From the human T2T-CHM13v2.0 reference genome, Homo sapiens: a stretch of 64,000 bases of DNA. The position numbers and the translations under genes were made by a program. Under the pieces are notes generated by a model. It was not told where the DNA came from. It was given only the letters and a program-made list of their open reading frames with translations, and did no database searches. Where the stretch lies: the NCBI RefSeq assembly GCF_009914755.1, contig NC_060926.1, one strand, 5' to 3'. Below are positions 1-13,855 of this stretch, in pieces. The first letter of the stretch is position 1. Every line of letters begins with the position of its first letter.

Positions 1-305
1 TGGAAAGATGAGCTCTTATTCCATTGGCTACTAAGCTGGTAGACTATGTGTCCAGAGATGCTGTTGGTCATCTTGTTCCACTTGGGGAAAGCCTACCTGA
101 GAATAAAATCGATATGGAGAAAAGCAGAGCCAAGATATGGGAAGACAGATGGAGAAGGAGGGAGAGAGAAAGTGATTTCTTGATGACATGATTTGGGTCC
201 CTGGATCCACCTGAGATAAGAGCTATCCCTAGACCTTTCAGCTTCCATTTTTGCTGTTAACTGATTTGAATTGGGTTTCTCTCACTCACAACCAAGAATT
301 CTGAA
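1..305 (+). mobile_element. MaLR LTR fragment (MLT1-type)
   Basis: MLT1-like 3' end ...gaattgggtttctctcactcacaaccaagaattctgaat. Confidence 0.55.
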
Positions 306-714
306 TCCTGCAAGGGCTTTCTCGTTATATGACTTGGCACCTCAGCTCAGCAACAGCTAACATAGGAGATACCATGGCATCTGTGCCCAGCCTGTTCTAT
401 AAAGAAAGATGTATTCATGAACCTAACCAAGGGAGTCTGAGGGAGATGTAGAGAAGCAGAGCCATTGGAACATATGTAAGCACGTGTGCCCGTCTTCAGG
501 GAAGGGAGCCATTTCCCCACTTCTTGAGAGAAAACAGCCCTCCTCTAGCACCACGAAGGGCTTGATGATGGTGCCAAAGGAAGTGGCAGCAGGGCCTGGC
601 TGAGAGGGGATGCCCAGCGGGAAACTCCACAGACACAGCATATGCTGTGCGCTGCCAACATACAGAGCACTGCGCTCGCAGGATGGTCCATGAAAGGTCT
701 GGAAGCAGCCCAGG

Positions 715-1135
715 TGTCAATCAACCAGTGGGTAGGTAAATAAAATGTGGGATATCCATACAATATTTGGCAATAAAAAGGGATGAATTACTGATTCCTG
801 CTATAACATGGATGAGCCTTGAATATATTATGCTAAGAAGCTAGTCACAAAGAGCCACATGTATGATTTCATTTACATGGAATGTCCAGAATAGGCAAGT
901 CTGTAGACAGAAAGTAGATTCATGGTTGCCTAGGGCTCGAGGAACAGAGGGATTTGGCAGTGACAACTAAAAGGTACAGGGTTTCTTTTGGGGTAAAGAG
1001 ATGTTCCAAAATTGATTGTGCTAGTGGTTGGTTGTTCAGCTCTATGAACACAGTAAAAACCACTGAAGAATCAGTACTTTAGAGGGTGAATTGCATGGTA
1101 CGTGAATTATCTCAATAAAATTGTTACCAAAAAAA
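715..1135 (+). mobile_element. Old L1 (L1MB/ME-type) 3' end
   Basis: Typical 3'UTR motifs (gtccagaataggcaagtctgtagacagaaagtagatt) ending in AATAAA and an A-run. Confidence 0.75.
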
Positions 1136-1409
1136 AACAAGGTTCTTGAGATACCTGCCCAGTTTGTGTGTGATGGGGGTGAGGGTCGGGGATTGGCCTC
1201 CAGAAGGCAAGGGCATATCACATAGCTGCTGTCACTCTGGGAGGCAGTACTGCCCTCAGACCTGGACAAGAGGGACCTTGCTCTGGGCATGCACTTTAAG
1301 AGGCCTCTACTCTGGCTCTCCTCCAGCCTGACTCTTCTCTGTGGGGTAAGGAGTCTCCAGGACCCAGTGGCTGTCTCCACCCATGCTCACACCTCCTTCC
1401 TCTTTCCTA

Positions 1410-1825
<416 letters not shown>

Positions 1826-3599
1826 TCAGGCTCCCCAAAGATTAAGGCAGAGCTCAGTGTGACAGGAGGAGGGCAGGCCATGGGCTATGAGCTGCAGGCT
1901 CCGGGGTCAGCGATGGGGAAGGCCTGCAGCCAGCTCTCCCCACAACCACAATGTTTCAGCATGGCTATCTCAGGACAATGAGATTCTAATTCAAACTTGA
2001 CCTTCCAGGTCATTATGAAGATTTGTCAAGATAGGGGGCTACAGCATTTGACAGTTTGCTATTAACGGATTATAGTTAAACATATGTCAACACAAGGTTT
2101 GTGGATCTCCTTTGGTCCTCTTGTCCTAGGTCCCCACAAATGTTAGGCACTGACTTGCTGGGAGGTGCTGTATTTAAGAGAGAAATCTATCAGAGCTTTT
2201 CTTTATAGCAAATCGCGGTGTGGGGTTTTCTCAGGTTGCATTTACGGATTTGGGAAACGTAATTCATAGACTCCTTGCTCCAGGCTTAAAAAAAAAAATA
2301 GCTAACACATGGCTGCCTGCAACCTTGAAGTTTAATGATTTCTTTCAATGACATCTTCTCAGCTGAGCCCAAGGATTGAGGCGTGTGCTGAGGCTGGAGA
2401 CTAGGGTAGTTCTATGAGCCATGCATGCTAGGGAATTCCATGTCAGTCTGGCTGTCTTTAGTTTATTTTTTTAAGGTATAATGTAATAGAGTCCATTTGG
2501 CAGGGAATTCCAGCAGAAGCGTATGAGAAACATCTCAGAGCAGGGCTGGGGGCAGGCCAGAGTATCCGTTCATCCTTCTTCTACATCTATCCTGAGTGTC
2601 CCCAAACCCCCCTGGTTAGGCAGCTGTGCAATGCCAAAAGGTGTCCAGCTGCGGGGACATGTGGGAGCTGAAATCCAGCCCACCCTCCCCTGGCCAAGCT
2701 ATGCCCCTTGGCACTGGGCTGCATCAGTTGAGAAGAAGGGGAGCTTTTTTCTTAGTACAAAGGTGTCCTGTCCTCCCCACCCCATGGGCTCATGGTGCTG
2801 CATCTGCCCAAAAGAGGGTCTTTTTCTAAGGACACAAAGGCACCATGAATGAGCGTGCCCTGGCTGGTGAGGAGAGGGAAGCTAGCAAAGGAGGCCAGTG
2901 CTGTGTCTGGGTCCAACAGGACTCTCACTCTCCCTGGCCTTGGCTGACCCCACAATGCTCCCCTCCACTCTGATGGGTCTGTTGCAGACACCACTCTGCC
3001 CTTGAGAGGCACCCCATGGAGGAATGAGAAGTAGGTTCTTTCAAGAGCTCAAATCAAGTTGAACCAAAAAGAGAAGGAAGGCTCTGAGAGAAGAGTTTCA
3101 GTCTGGAGAGACAGCTGGCGGGCGTGGGGTTCAGATCGGTTTTACTTTTGCCTCCTCCCAAGAAAGGCCCTGAAGAAAGAAGGTCACCCCTCAGGGAGGT
3201 CAGCCCTCAGGAGAGTACCTTCCCTCCTGCAAATAAACCTTCAGAACTTGCAGGAACCCCTCACCCCATCGCCTTTCTTTCCTTTGCTCACTAATCCAGG
3301 AATGGGCCAGTACAAACTAAGAGGCAGGCACTCTTAAGGATATGAAGATTTTCCAAAGGATACGTATTTTGGTGTGGGTCATTTGAAGAGACTCACGGGA
3401 CCAAATCCTCAACTTCTGCTTGGCTGTCTTATACAGGTGACCTGTCTGAGTACATGCCAGTGGATGCTGCTGCTGTGGTTCTCCCTCCTGCCTCCCCTTT
3501 CTCCCATTTCCCCCCAAAAAGGGCATACCTCTTACCGATCCCACATCTTACCATGGTGCATTGACCAGGGAAAATGTCCAGTGCAGTGAAGGGAGAATC

Positions 3600-4558
3600 T
3601 AAATCCTGGTATCCATGCTGAGAAAATGAGCAGGAGCAACTCTAATGACCGAACAAATCAACTAGCTTTCAATTCCCTGCCTTTACTCAAAGTGAAGGAG
3701 AATCAATTCTAGCGGTCAGCTGATAGATTTTTAATGATCGGCCCATATGATTTTTGGCATATAACTCGAAAGGAATTTATACAGTTGAATGACACTGCTA
3801 TCACCAAAGTCCTTGCATTCCTTTGTCCTTATGTGAAAAAGGTTTCTGAGCTGAGCATCAATTTTTAAAAAAGAAAAACAGGAATAGAATTAATGCTGAA
3901 CTCTGACCCTTTCTAGCAATAACGATTATTCACCCATGAATATAGGAACTAACTGGGATGAAGAAGGAAGCGTCATTTCCTTAAAAGATGCATTTCAAAT
4001 TAATTATTCTTTATGCTTTCTTGTTACCTATTACAATTTGTAAAGCATTTGTTTTGATTGTGTACTAGTCATCCTGGTACAAATGAAGACAAAATGTTCT
4101 TTAACACTGAGTATATGGTCACAGAAATATTTAAAAGTAAATTCGTCTTATACACATAGTTTTGTTGGGAAGAAGTATGATAGAGTGAAGGGTGATACAT
4201 AAAAGACTTTGAACCGTAAAAATATATTCTGCTAAAATTCTGTACGGGAAGTAGAAGAGAAATATAAGTTCAAGGAGAAAAAAAGAAATGAAATTTGTTC
4301 AAATTGTTCATGTAGTTTTAAAAGGGATGATGGTTGTATCCAATCACAATAGCATTACATTTAGAAACATTTTTCAGAGTACTGTGACAGTTTTATTTTA
4401 AAATGTCAAATATTTGCAATACACCAGAAAGTAGACTCTATGTAACTATTTAAACTTATGAAAACAATTTAAATGTTTGCACCTAAAAATGTGCAAGGGG
4501 TACACAGATTTTCAAAATTCTTTTAGGAGTCTGCAAGGAAAATGTTTAGAGAACCAGG
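3600..4558 (+). mobile_element. hAT-Charlie DNA transposon fossil (transposase C-terminus plus 3' end)
   Basis: Decayed hAT dimerisation motif (CEKGF...KNRNRINAE) near 3830-3900; Charlie-like terminus ...tttagagaaccag. Confidence 0.65.
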
Positions 4559-4799
4559 GTCACGGAGCTGGCGCTTCCCTGCAAGGGGAGTGTACTTAGA
4601 CGTAAAACCAAGGGCTCTGGGGATGGGAGGGCACCCTCAAAGTTAGGGGGTAAACTCTCACTGGGGCTGGGTTGGTGGCAAAGGAGCCAAGGCGCTCCCT
4701 CTTCACCCTAGCAATACTTTCCTCTGGTCTTTTGTTTTCTTGTTTTATTTTCAGCGTTCCTCTAAAATCCCATTCTCTCCACTACAGATGCTCTGCCAG

Positions 4800-5590
4800 G
4801 TCAGGGTGCGTTCTGCTCTGCGTTTTTCCATCCTGCCTAAACGGTACGTTTCTTCAGGGAAGCCCTCCCAGCCGGCCGCGCCCCCACCCCACCCCGACCC
4901 CTGGCTCCCCGAGTCCAATACGGTTTTGCGTAGCTAGGCGCGCGCCGCTTCCTCCTGTTGACTGTGACTTTGGGCCAGTCCTCCCTCCCCAGCTGGCTCC
5001 TAAGTTTTCTCATCGGTGTCTGCAAGTCTGTTTCCTCGGCAGTGAGATGTCGATAATCAGAATGAAGTAAGATGAAACCTGGCACGGAGCTTGGCCTGCA
5101 GCCAGAACAGGGCACCTAGTTGCATTTAGCAAATGTTTGCTAATTGTGAGGCTAAATCGTCTCGCTTCCCAGTGATTAGAGAAGCCTGGGCTTCCCAGTG
5201 CCCAGGAAACCAAGGAGAGTTCCCAAACCCTCACGTATCCTTTGAGTAACTTGCCAACTTGGGGTGATGAAAACGCACTCCCCTCCTCCCGCCGCCGCTG
5301 GGTCGGGCTCTGAACGCACGAGCCTCGGAGCTATGAGGTCATACACGGGTCACGTGGCCGCTGTCGCATCTGTCAACTGTGATACAATTACTAAGACTGT
5401 CCGGACATTCAAACCTGCTCTCTCCTCCTCCTCCCTCTCCGGTACGCCGGCCCTTTTCACACCAAGGGACCGTCTCAAAAGTCTAGGCTCCAAATGCTAC
5501 GACGTAAGAAAGGAGGAGAAAGAGGGAGGAAAAAAGTCGAAGACTACACTTCTCGTTGCTGCCGTTTGAAAACTATGCCTAAGCCCCGTT
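4800..5590. promoter_or_regulatory. Orphan CpG-rich promoter/enhancer-like island
   Basis: Locally high CpG density in non-repeat DNA; GGCGCGCGCC (4937-4946), GTCACGTGG (5349-5357), ACTACA motif (5543). Confidence 0.6.
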
Positions 5591-5957
5591 ATTTAAAATC
5601 CTTTCTGCCAAAGCAAGTTGGCATATGTATTAAGAGCCTTTTAAAAATCGTCATATTCTTTAACTCATTAATTCCTGTTCTAGGATGCTTGCATATGGAA
5701 ATAGTCCAAACTAGAGCAAAGGTTTACAAAATTCACTCTCTTATTATTAAACTAACTATATATGATGAGAATGAATAAATCAGGTATAAAAGAACAATAT
5801 GAAAGTCATTTAAAATGCTGATTTTTAAGAATTTTTCATGACATGCAACATGCACCCACCCAATGACAATAGCAAGTATTTGTCATGTGCCAAATGTTCT
5901 GCTAAATGCTTTATGTGGATTGACTCTTACAACCTTAAGAGACAGATCATCTAATTC

Positions 5958-6263
5958 TTTCTTTCTTTTTTTTTTTTTTTTTTTGAGGCGGGGTCTTACT
6001 CTGTCCCACAGGCTAGAGTACAGTGGCGCAATCATGGCTCATACGGCCTTGACTTCCCTGGCTCAAGCAATTCTCCAACCCAGCTTCCCAAGTAGCTGGG
6101 ACTACAGGCACTCGCCAACACGCCCTGCTATTTTTAAAATTTTTTGTAGAGATAGGGTCTCATTATGTTGCCTGGACTGGTCTCTAACTCCTAGATTCAA
6201 GCAATCTGCCCACCTCAGCCCCCCAAAGTGTTGGGGTTACAGATGTGAGCCACTGCACCCAGC
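5958..6263 (-). mobile_element. AluJ-type element
   Basis: T-run followed by diverged antisense Alu. Confidence 0.9.
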
Positions 6264-9050
6264 ATTCTTCTTCTTCTAAAAACTGGCCTAGACAAAAAAA
6301 AATTGCCTAAAGTTGAATAGCTAATAAAGTGTGAAAAATTGAGGGTTACAGTTTATCCAAAGGGATGAACTCTGATTTAGGTTAATTTGAGTCTAGAGCC
6401 CAGCCTCTTAGCCTCCACACTCTGAACTGTCTGCCACAATAGTAACTAGGAAGAAATAAGAATACAACACTGCATATACACCATCAGGCCAGTGATGTGT
6501 ATATATGTGTATACATTTGCCACTACACACAATGTATGCAGAGGAAAAGGATGGGAAGACAGACTCCCACATTTTCACTATGGTATCTCTCAGTGGTACA
6601 ATCACCAGTGATTTAGATTTTCTTTTAAATTTTCTATAATGTGTGTGTGTGTGTATTAATTTAACAATTAGATAAAATGTTATGTACAGGTCGATTTCAC
6701 TAAAAAGCCAGGTGCTGATTACAGCAGTATTCATTATAATGAAAACTTGAAAGTAGCTCACATATCAATTACTGTTGATACTCGGGTCACTATTGGATTT
6801 GTTAAGTGAGTTATAAAATATATATCTATTGCAATAGTTTGCAGCCATTGAAAATGAAGATTACAAAGACCAAGTGAAACCATTATGTGAAAAAATAAAA
6901 AATGCTAGGCATATTATGCATAATTATTTGAGGATATCATTGTAAAATCTGTAAGGAAAGAGGAAATGATAACTGCAACAGGATAGTAAAATTAAATTTG
7001 ATTTAAAAATATTTTTTGAACTTCTATAACATTTTTCTATTTCTTGTTTAATAATAAAACTAGTTTCATTGATTTAAGGTTTAGTATCAAAATTAGCATG
7101 GAACACCTAGATGCCTCTTTTGCCTTTTAGAGTATGCTTTCTGCTTCATCTCATTTTATGGCCCAAACATCCCAATGCAAATAGGCATTTTCTCTCCCAC
7201 GTTAATGACAGGACAGTTATGGCCAAGAAAAAGTGAGCAAGTTGCTTGATGTAAACTAGCAGGTGAATGGCAACGCTGCACTAGAACCCTAGGCTTGCAA
7301 GCTCCCGCCTCAAGGCTCTGGCCTATAAACGCACAGTGATTCTCTCACATAGAGGGCTGCAAAGCCCTGCCTAGAGAATACAAACTGCTATTATTAAGAC
7401 CCCAAACCCAAGATCCAAGTGTAGGTTCTCTCTAGTGGGTAAGCCTGGAGGCAGGAAACATGCCTGTTAATGCTCTTGGTCTTCAGAATGGGAAGTCAAA
7501 GGCCTAAAGCATTCTCCTGCACTCTCCAAACTCATCCACCCACCCACTTCCCCCCAACCATACACACACAGCCACCCTTGTCCTCAAAAGCAGTCTCCCT
7601 GGTAACGTGTTCTGCCCTTGGATGGAGACAGAGGCCAGTGGATTTGTAGTTTATCCTCTTCTTGCAGTTTAAGGTACAACCCTGCCCACAACCCCAGTAA
7701 GAGAAGCAAGGATCCCCGAGGCCAGAATGTGCCAAAGTCCAGTTGCAAACCAGGCCGGTATCAGTGAAATAAGCCTGGAAAGAGAGATGAGAAGAGGTCA
7801 AGGGTCAGCGACAGCTGGTGAAGCCAGCACTGGGGTGGGGATTGGGGGCCTGTAGAGCCCCAGAAAAGTTGGTCATGGGCCCCTGGTCCCTCACTTAATA
7901 GATATGTGACTTGCCAGGGTCACACAGCAGCTGGAGAGAACGGGGAGTGAGCCCAATCTAAAGCCCAAAGGAATCCATCAAAGACAGGGCCACAATTCCA
8001 CAAAGCCAGGCTCTATTCATTCATTCAAGATATACCCAGCACCCTTCTTGCTTACCATATCTTTCTGATTTTTATGGGGCCAGAGCCAATACCCTAGCCC
8101 TCACCCCACTCCCTAGTCCCTTGGTGGGGCTGATGAACCTCATGGCTCAAAGTGGGAAAAATCTGGGAAGTCACAGGTAAAGGGGTGGTCATCTCTCCAG
8201 GGCAACAAACTGAAACTCCAAAGCACATGAAACAAACCAATGGGCTGAGAGTCCAGGAGATGTCCGAGTCTGAGGATTCCACAGCACAGTGGGGAAAGTT
8301 TCTGGAAGGTAGAAGGAGGCAGGAAGAGGTGCCTCTCAACTCAAGTAGTCAAGAAATTTAAGCATGCTTTAAAGAACTAAGAGAAAACTGAAAGGTATGG
8401 AGATGTGGTAATGGCACAAAAATTTAAAAGGGGGAGCTAAGCCTAGGTTTAGCAGTCCTGCTGGCAGGTGAGGGTCCCCAGTAAGGAGAAAGGGAGGTCA
8501 GAGTGCGTGGATAAGGTGATGCTTCCTCTGCTGGCCTGAAGGATTTCTGTAAACAGTGCATGTGTTTGTTCCTGCCTTGGGGTGGGATTGTCATCATGTT
8601 AGCCACTTCTGCTACTAAAGACATAGGTGAAGCTAATGGTATTCTTTGCAAGGAAAAGGAATATCATTGTCCCCAGAAACTATTTACAGGGGGCTTTCCA
8701 AAAAAAATGTTTTAAGTGTGCATTGGTTGGAGCTGGCTGATGATGGGGCATTGGCTTTCCTACTTCTGCGGAGTTGCTGAGAGTTATTTTGAGCAAGGAA
8801 GGGGAGAGGCAAGTGCAAGAACTGGCACACAGTAAAATGAGGCCGTGTCCCTTACATACTTTGGAGCTCCCAGTGGCTTCCCACTCTAGTTAGGATAAAT
8901 CCAAATTCCTTAAATGCCGCCCACAAGACCCACAAAAGCCTTATCCTTTCTCTTTCTCCTCCACACACTTAGCAAAGCCCCATTGGTCTCCTTCTTGCTC
9001 CTTAAACCAACAGAGCTGTTTTTGCCTTGATGCCCCCATGGTTCAAGTGT

Positions 9051-9297
9051 TGCTGCGGTCTGCATGTCAGTGTCCCCCTAAAATTCATGTGTTGACACTT
9101 AATCCCCAAGGTGATAGTGTTAAGAAGTGGGGCCTCTGGGAGGTGATTAGATTGGGAGGGCTCTGCTCCTCATGAATGAGATTAGGTGCCTTGATCTTGG
9201 ACTTCCCAGCCTCCAGACTGTGAGCAATGAATTTCTCTTGTTTATAAATTGCCCAGCCTAAGGTATTTTCTTATAGCAGCCCAAACAATCCAAGACA
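9051..9297 (+). mobile_element. MaLR LTR (MST/MLT1A-type), internally deleted
   Basis: TG...CA ends; cttgatcttggacttcccagcctccagactgtgag motif. Confidence 0.75.
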
Positions 9298-10501
9298 GAT
9301 GTGACACGCTTGCCGTTCCCTCTGCTTAGAATGAATGCCCTTCCTGTTTCCCCAGTTCCCTCCTCCTCTTCTTCTGTTTTTGTGTCTGGCTCCTTCCCTT
9401 CCTTTAGGTGCAAGGGAGATTTAGGAAGAGGCCTTCCTTGAGCTGGGGTCATGGAAGGCCATGCTGCCCATAACCCTTTACTTCTCCTTAACACTTTAAC
9501 CAATCCCAAGTCATCACCTGCCCACTTGTTTAGGGTTCCTTCACAAACCTGACCCCTCCCACTGTGCCCACCCCTCCCTGCTTTATCCACATTAGAATGT
9601 TCCTTTGTGAAGGCTGGGCCTTAACTGTCTTGTTCATTGCAAGGGATGCAGTGCCTGGCAGAGTGTCTGACACTTGGTAACTACTCAATAAATATTTGTC
9701 AAATGAATGAATGAATAAGAGGTCTACTGAACTGAATTTAACTGAATGAAAACCCAAGGTTCAATTTCCAAACAAGCAAAGACAAAAATCTTCAAACACT
9801 CCCTATCGTTCTCCTTCTACGGGTTGAACCCCAACGCATTTTGTTTCTACTCCCTCCCCTCCCCCTCCTTCCCTCTCTCCTTTCCTTTCTTCCTTCCTTC
9901 CAGCCTTTCCCTGGGCCCCTCAAGTCACATCCCTTGTACAGTCACCCACAGGCACCCCTTCTCTGTGGGCCTTCATTTTGACCAAGCCCTGAGGTCACAA
10001 CACCCTGGGAAGGAGACATGAAGGATTTTCCAAGGACCCAGCTGTGGCCACGCACTTTCTGTCCTCTCTGTCCTGCTGGAAGCCAAAGTTCTTAAGCTTC
10101 TGTACAGCAAGTTTTTCATAAAATGAATGATGACAACCTAGTCTTTTCAGGCTTTCTGTTTGCAGTTGCAGGAGGCTTCTTAGCTGGTGATGACCCTGGA
10201 CTGCTTCCTGGCTTACTCTGGGCTTCAGATTCGGACAAACATTTGGCTCTCAAGGTCACTTCATGCTCTAAACCTTCTGTAATCTCCAGGACATCAATCC
10301 ACTCAGGTTTGGTAGGAACTAGGGTGAGTCAAACATCACCCTCTACAGGCTCATCTGCCAGTGATGAAAGCATGTGCTCGGTGCCCCCACTCCAAGGATG
10401 TGCTGGAGGGTGTGGGGAGCCGGGCCCAGGGCCTGCCTGGACTGATCCCCTTTTGCTGCATCAGCAATGGGAAGCAGAGTAACTCACCTCCCAATGAAAG
10501 G

Positions 10502-10957
10502 AGTTAAGAAAAGAACCTTTATCTGAGGAATACAAGTCCTTTTAATTATCAGGCCCAGAGAGACACTAAAACGAGACAGCAATCATGTCCTACTCCCCTG
10601 CTTTGAGCAATGTGTTCGTCTCTTGAAGCTGCTTGCTATCACCACAGGTAGCTATAGATCAACCTAATAGTGCCTCACCAGACACTGTAACCCACGCTTT
10701 ATAGCTTAACAATGTATAGCCAATCAAATCAATGTTATTTATGTAAACCAATGAGAATTCCTGACAAACAACTTTATATCAGCCCATACCCCATCCTCTG
10801 CTTTTGCCTTTAAAAATCCACTTGTAACTTCAGCTAATCAGAGTGTGTATTTAGGGCAACTTGAATCTATGCTCGCAGGTTGCAATCCTCAAACTTGACT
10901 CAAATAAACTCTCTACTTATATTAATTTTGTCTCTGCTTCTACCGTTTAGGTTGACA
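10502..10957 (+). mobile_element. Solo ERV LTR (LTR47-like)
   Basis: About 455 bp with CCAAT motifs, AATAAA near 10903 and a ...gttgaCA end; family assignment from recall. Confidence 0.6.
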
Positions 10958-13445
10958 TATTGCCGTTTTGTAAGGCAAGACCACTGGGTAAGCTGTGTGA
11001 TTGTGCAGGAAAGCACGGGGCGCTAGGAAAGGTGAGGGTTTATTGTGCTTTAGGACCACCCATAGTAAGGTGGGGGTGGGAGGTGAGACTAGAGTCCTTT
11101 CCCAGTGCTGTCAGTACCAGGTGTGATTTCAGAGATGAACTTGTGAATTGGAAGGGGTGTCTGGGTGGACTGGGGAGAGCATAGGATGGGGGCAAAGACT
11201 TCAGCAATGTCCCTGTGGAGCCTAGGAAGGGGCTGCAGTTGCTCCCTAGAGCTGAGGTGGGGTGTGTGTGGTTGGGCCCAGAGTTGATCTGCTGACCCAC
11301 TTCTACGGGCCCCATGAGCCCAGGGTCAGAGATGAAGCCCTGCAGCATTTCCTGTTGGTTCCCCTGCCTTCTCTGAGGTCCTGCCACACAGTCAAAGCAT
11401 CCCCTCCATCTCTGGCTCTCCAGGCAGCTCAAGATCAGAACCAAATCCACACTCTCCCTTCACCAAGTTACTCTGCCTACCATCCTCAGGAGGCAGCTGG
11501 CCTCCTAGCATGTGGGGCAGGACCTCCCTGCTGTGTGTTCAGCTTCCCCCAGCTCTTCCCCAGCAGGGAGTGAGTCTACAGCAGTCCCATCACCATAAGC
11601 AAAGCCTCTGCATCCGTAGCAGACAGCTTCCCTTGCGCCTGGGGAGGAAGTGTTAATGAAGAGAGGTGTGGGGAAGGGTTGTGCCTGTCTGCCGTTGTAA
11701 CAGTTTGCTCCTTTTGGCTCACGGGACCAAGGAGCTTACACAAGGAGCATGCCTTCTAGAGGGGAGGATGTTAATGCCAATAAAAGATGCATATTAGTGT
11801 GTACCATTCACTCAACTAAGAGAATGCGCCCAGTGCAAACCTTTCTAAGGTAAAGACCTCTACAGGGCCGTAGCTGTCGGAGCTCAACAGGATGGTGACA
11901 GGTAGCCCACCCCAAAGGTCAAGTCTAGCCTTGATGGCCACATAGACATGAAGGCTAAGATGTGCCTCTCCCATGGCTGAGGCCCCCATGGAGGACACAG
12001 ACCAGGCCCAGTCCCTCCAGAGCCTCCTGCCTCTGCACCCAGGTCCAAAGCAAAGCCCCTCCCATCTGTTTCCCATGGAGGGATGGGATTCAATAAATCC
12101 TCAGGCAAGCCCAGGAGTAACCAACCACTGGACTGAAGTGAGGCAGGGGGCATATCCTGCCTGAATTTCAGGCTGTTCCCATCCACAGTCTTTCCCTGGG
12201 AGCAACAGAGGATTTTCTTGTCCAGAAGGATCCTTGGAATACAATGCACCACCTTTCCCCTGACCACCATCTCATATCCTTGCCCATTTTTATGTCCAAA
12301 TCTATGGACTAGGAAAGGAGAGAGGCTCTGGAGTCCTCCATCCATAACCCAGAGCCAGGCCTGGAGAGAAGAATGTAACAATGATCAACGCTTGTTCAGA
12401 ACCTACTGTGTTAGGCACTAAAGTAACACAGCAGCAGGGGATGCAAAAAAGAGAAAAGACACGGTCTCTGTCCATAAGGAGCTGTGTCTAAAAAGATGAG
12501 ACACAGTAGATAAAGTTGCTAACAGTATAGAAAAGTAGTGTGTGAAAAGTCCTCAACGAGAGACACAGTCCCTACGTCCAGAGACTGCGAGAGGCCAAGG
12601 CTTTTGTGTTGCTGAAGGGACATGGTGAGGTAAAGGCTGGAACCCACGGGGTTGAGAGGGAGAAGGCTGGGGAGAAAGAGCTAATGTGTGGCAGCTCCAG
12701 GAGAGAGAAAAGTTGGAAAATATAGAGATGCTTAAATGCAACTTAGGGGAAAGTTTGTCCCATAGGTACAATGCAACACTCTCCTCAACTTCCCACAAAA
12801 CCCTTCATAAAACCTACGACTGTCCATTTTTGGGGGAGGTGAATTGATGTTGGGGGCAGCTAACAGATTGAGGGTGGCTCAGGGGGCCAGAGCTAGGGTA
12901 GGCCGAGGGGGTTCAGACACTCCAGGGTTACAGCAGGAAGTGGGGGCTGACTTCCCGGAAGGGGAAGGGCTGGGGGCTTGATCAGCTGGGAAGTGGGTGC
13001 TTTGCTGGGCCTGGAATGATGGTGAGGAGAGAGGGGGGAAATCTTGGAGCATAGGGAGACTCTCATAAGAAAAAATTGTAAGATGATGTGAAACTAATAG
13101 AGCCTCAAGCCTGGACAAATGAAAAAATATATTGGGGTGGGGGAAGGGAGGAGGCATAGGACAGAAGTCACTGATTCTAATCTCTTCCACCTTTGTGTCG
13201 TGAAGTTCACCTGCCTCACGAAAGAGCGGGTAGGTTATTTATCACCTCTCACTCAGGCTGATAAATAGCCCCCATGAGAGGTGCCCTACCTCCAGTCTCT
13301 CCCCCACATTAATGTGTCCTCCACCTAGAGCGACACTGGAATAATCTTTCTGAAAGTCCAGCTCTCATTGTTTCATTCACTCTTAAAGTCCCTCAATGAC
13401 CTCCTTATCACTCACCCACCAGAATTAAGTCAAAACTCCTGAGTA

Positions 13446-13855
13446 GGCCAGGTGTGGTGACTCACGCCTGTAATTCTAACACTTTGAGAGGCCAAGGCTG
13501 GAGGACTGTTTGAGCCCAGGAGGTCAAGACCAGCCTGGCCAACATAGTGAGACCCATCTCTACAAAGAATAAAAAAAACTGGCCAGGTGCAGTGGTGCAT
13601 GCCTGTAGTCCCAGCTACTCAGGACTGGGGACCAAGCCCCCAGCCCATCCCCTTCTGGGAATTTGGCTCCCACTTCCTGCTGTAACCTGCTGAGATGGGA
13701 GGATCGCTCGAGCCTAGGAGGTTGAGGTTGCAGTGAGCCAAGATCACACCACTGCACTTCAGTCTGGGCAACAGAACAAGACCTCATCTCAAAAAAAAAA
13801 AAAACAAAAAATAACAAAAAACAAAAAAAACCCCACAAAAACAAAAACAAACAAG
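13446..13855 (+). mobile_element. AluJ-type element carrying a ~63-nt foreign insert in the right arm
   Basis: Alu arms interrupted at about 13625-13688; degenerate TSD aaaac(c)tcc(t/a)gag(t/c)a. Confidence 0.9.

Noticed and set aside
3600-4000. Possible domesticated hAT transposase gene
   Set aside because: Only a short frameshifted, stop-interrupted C-terminal remnant
7593-7606. RFX X-box-like GTCTCCCTGGTAAC
   Set aside because: A single motif without supporting context; such matches can occur by chance in 64 kb
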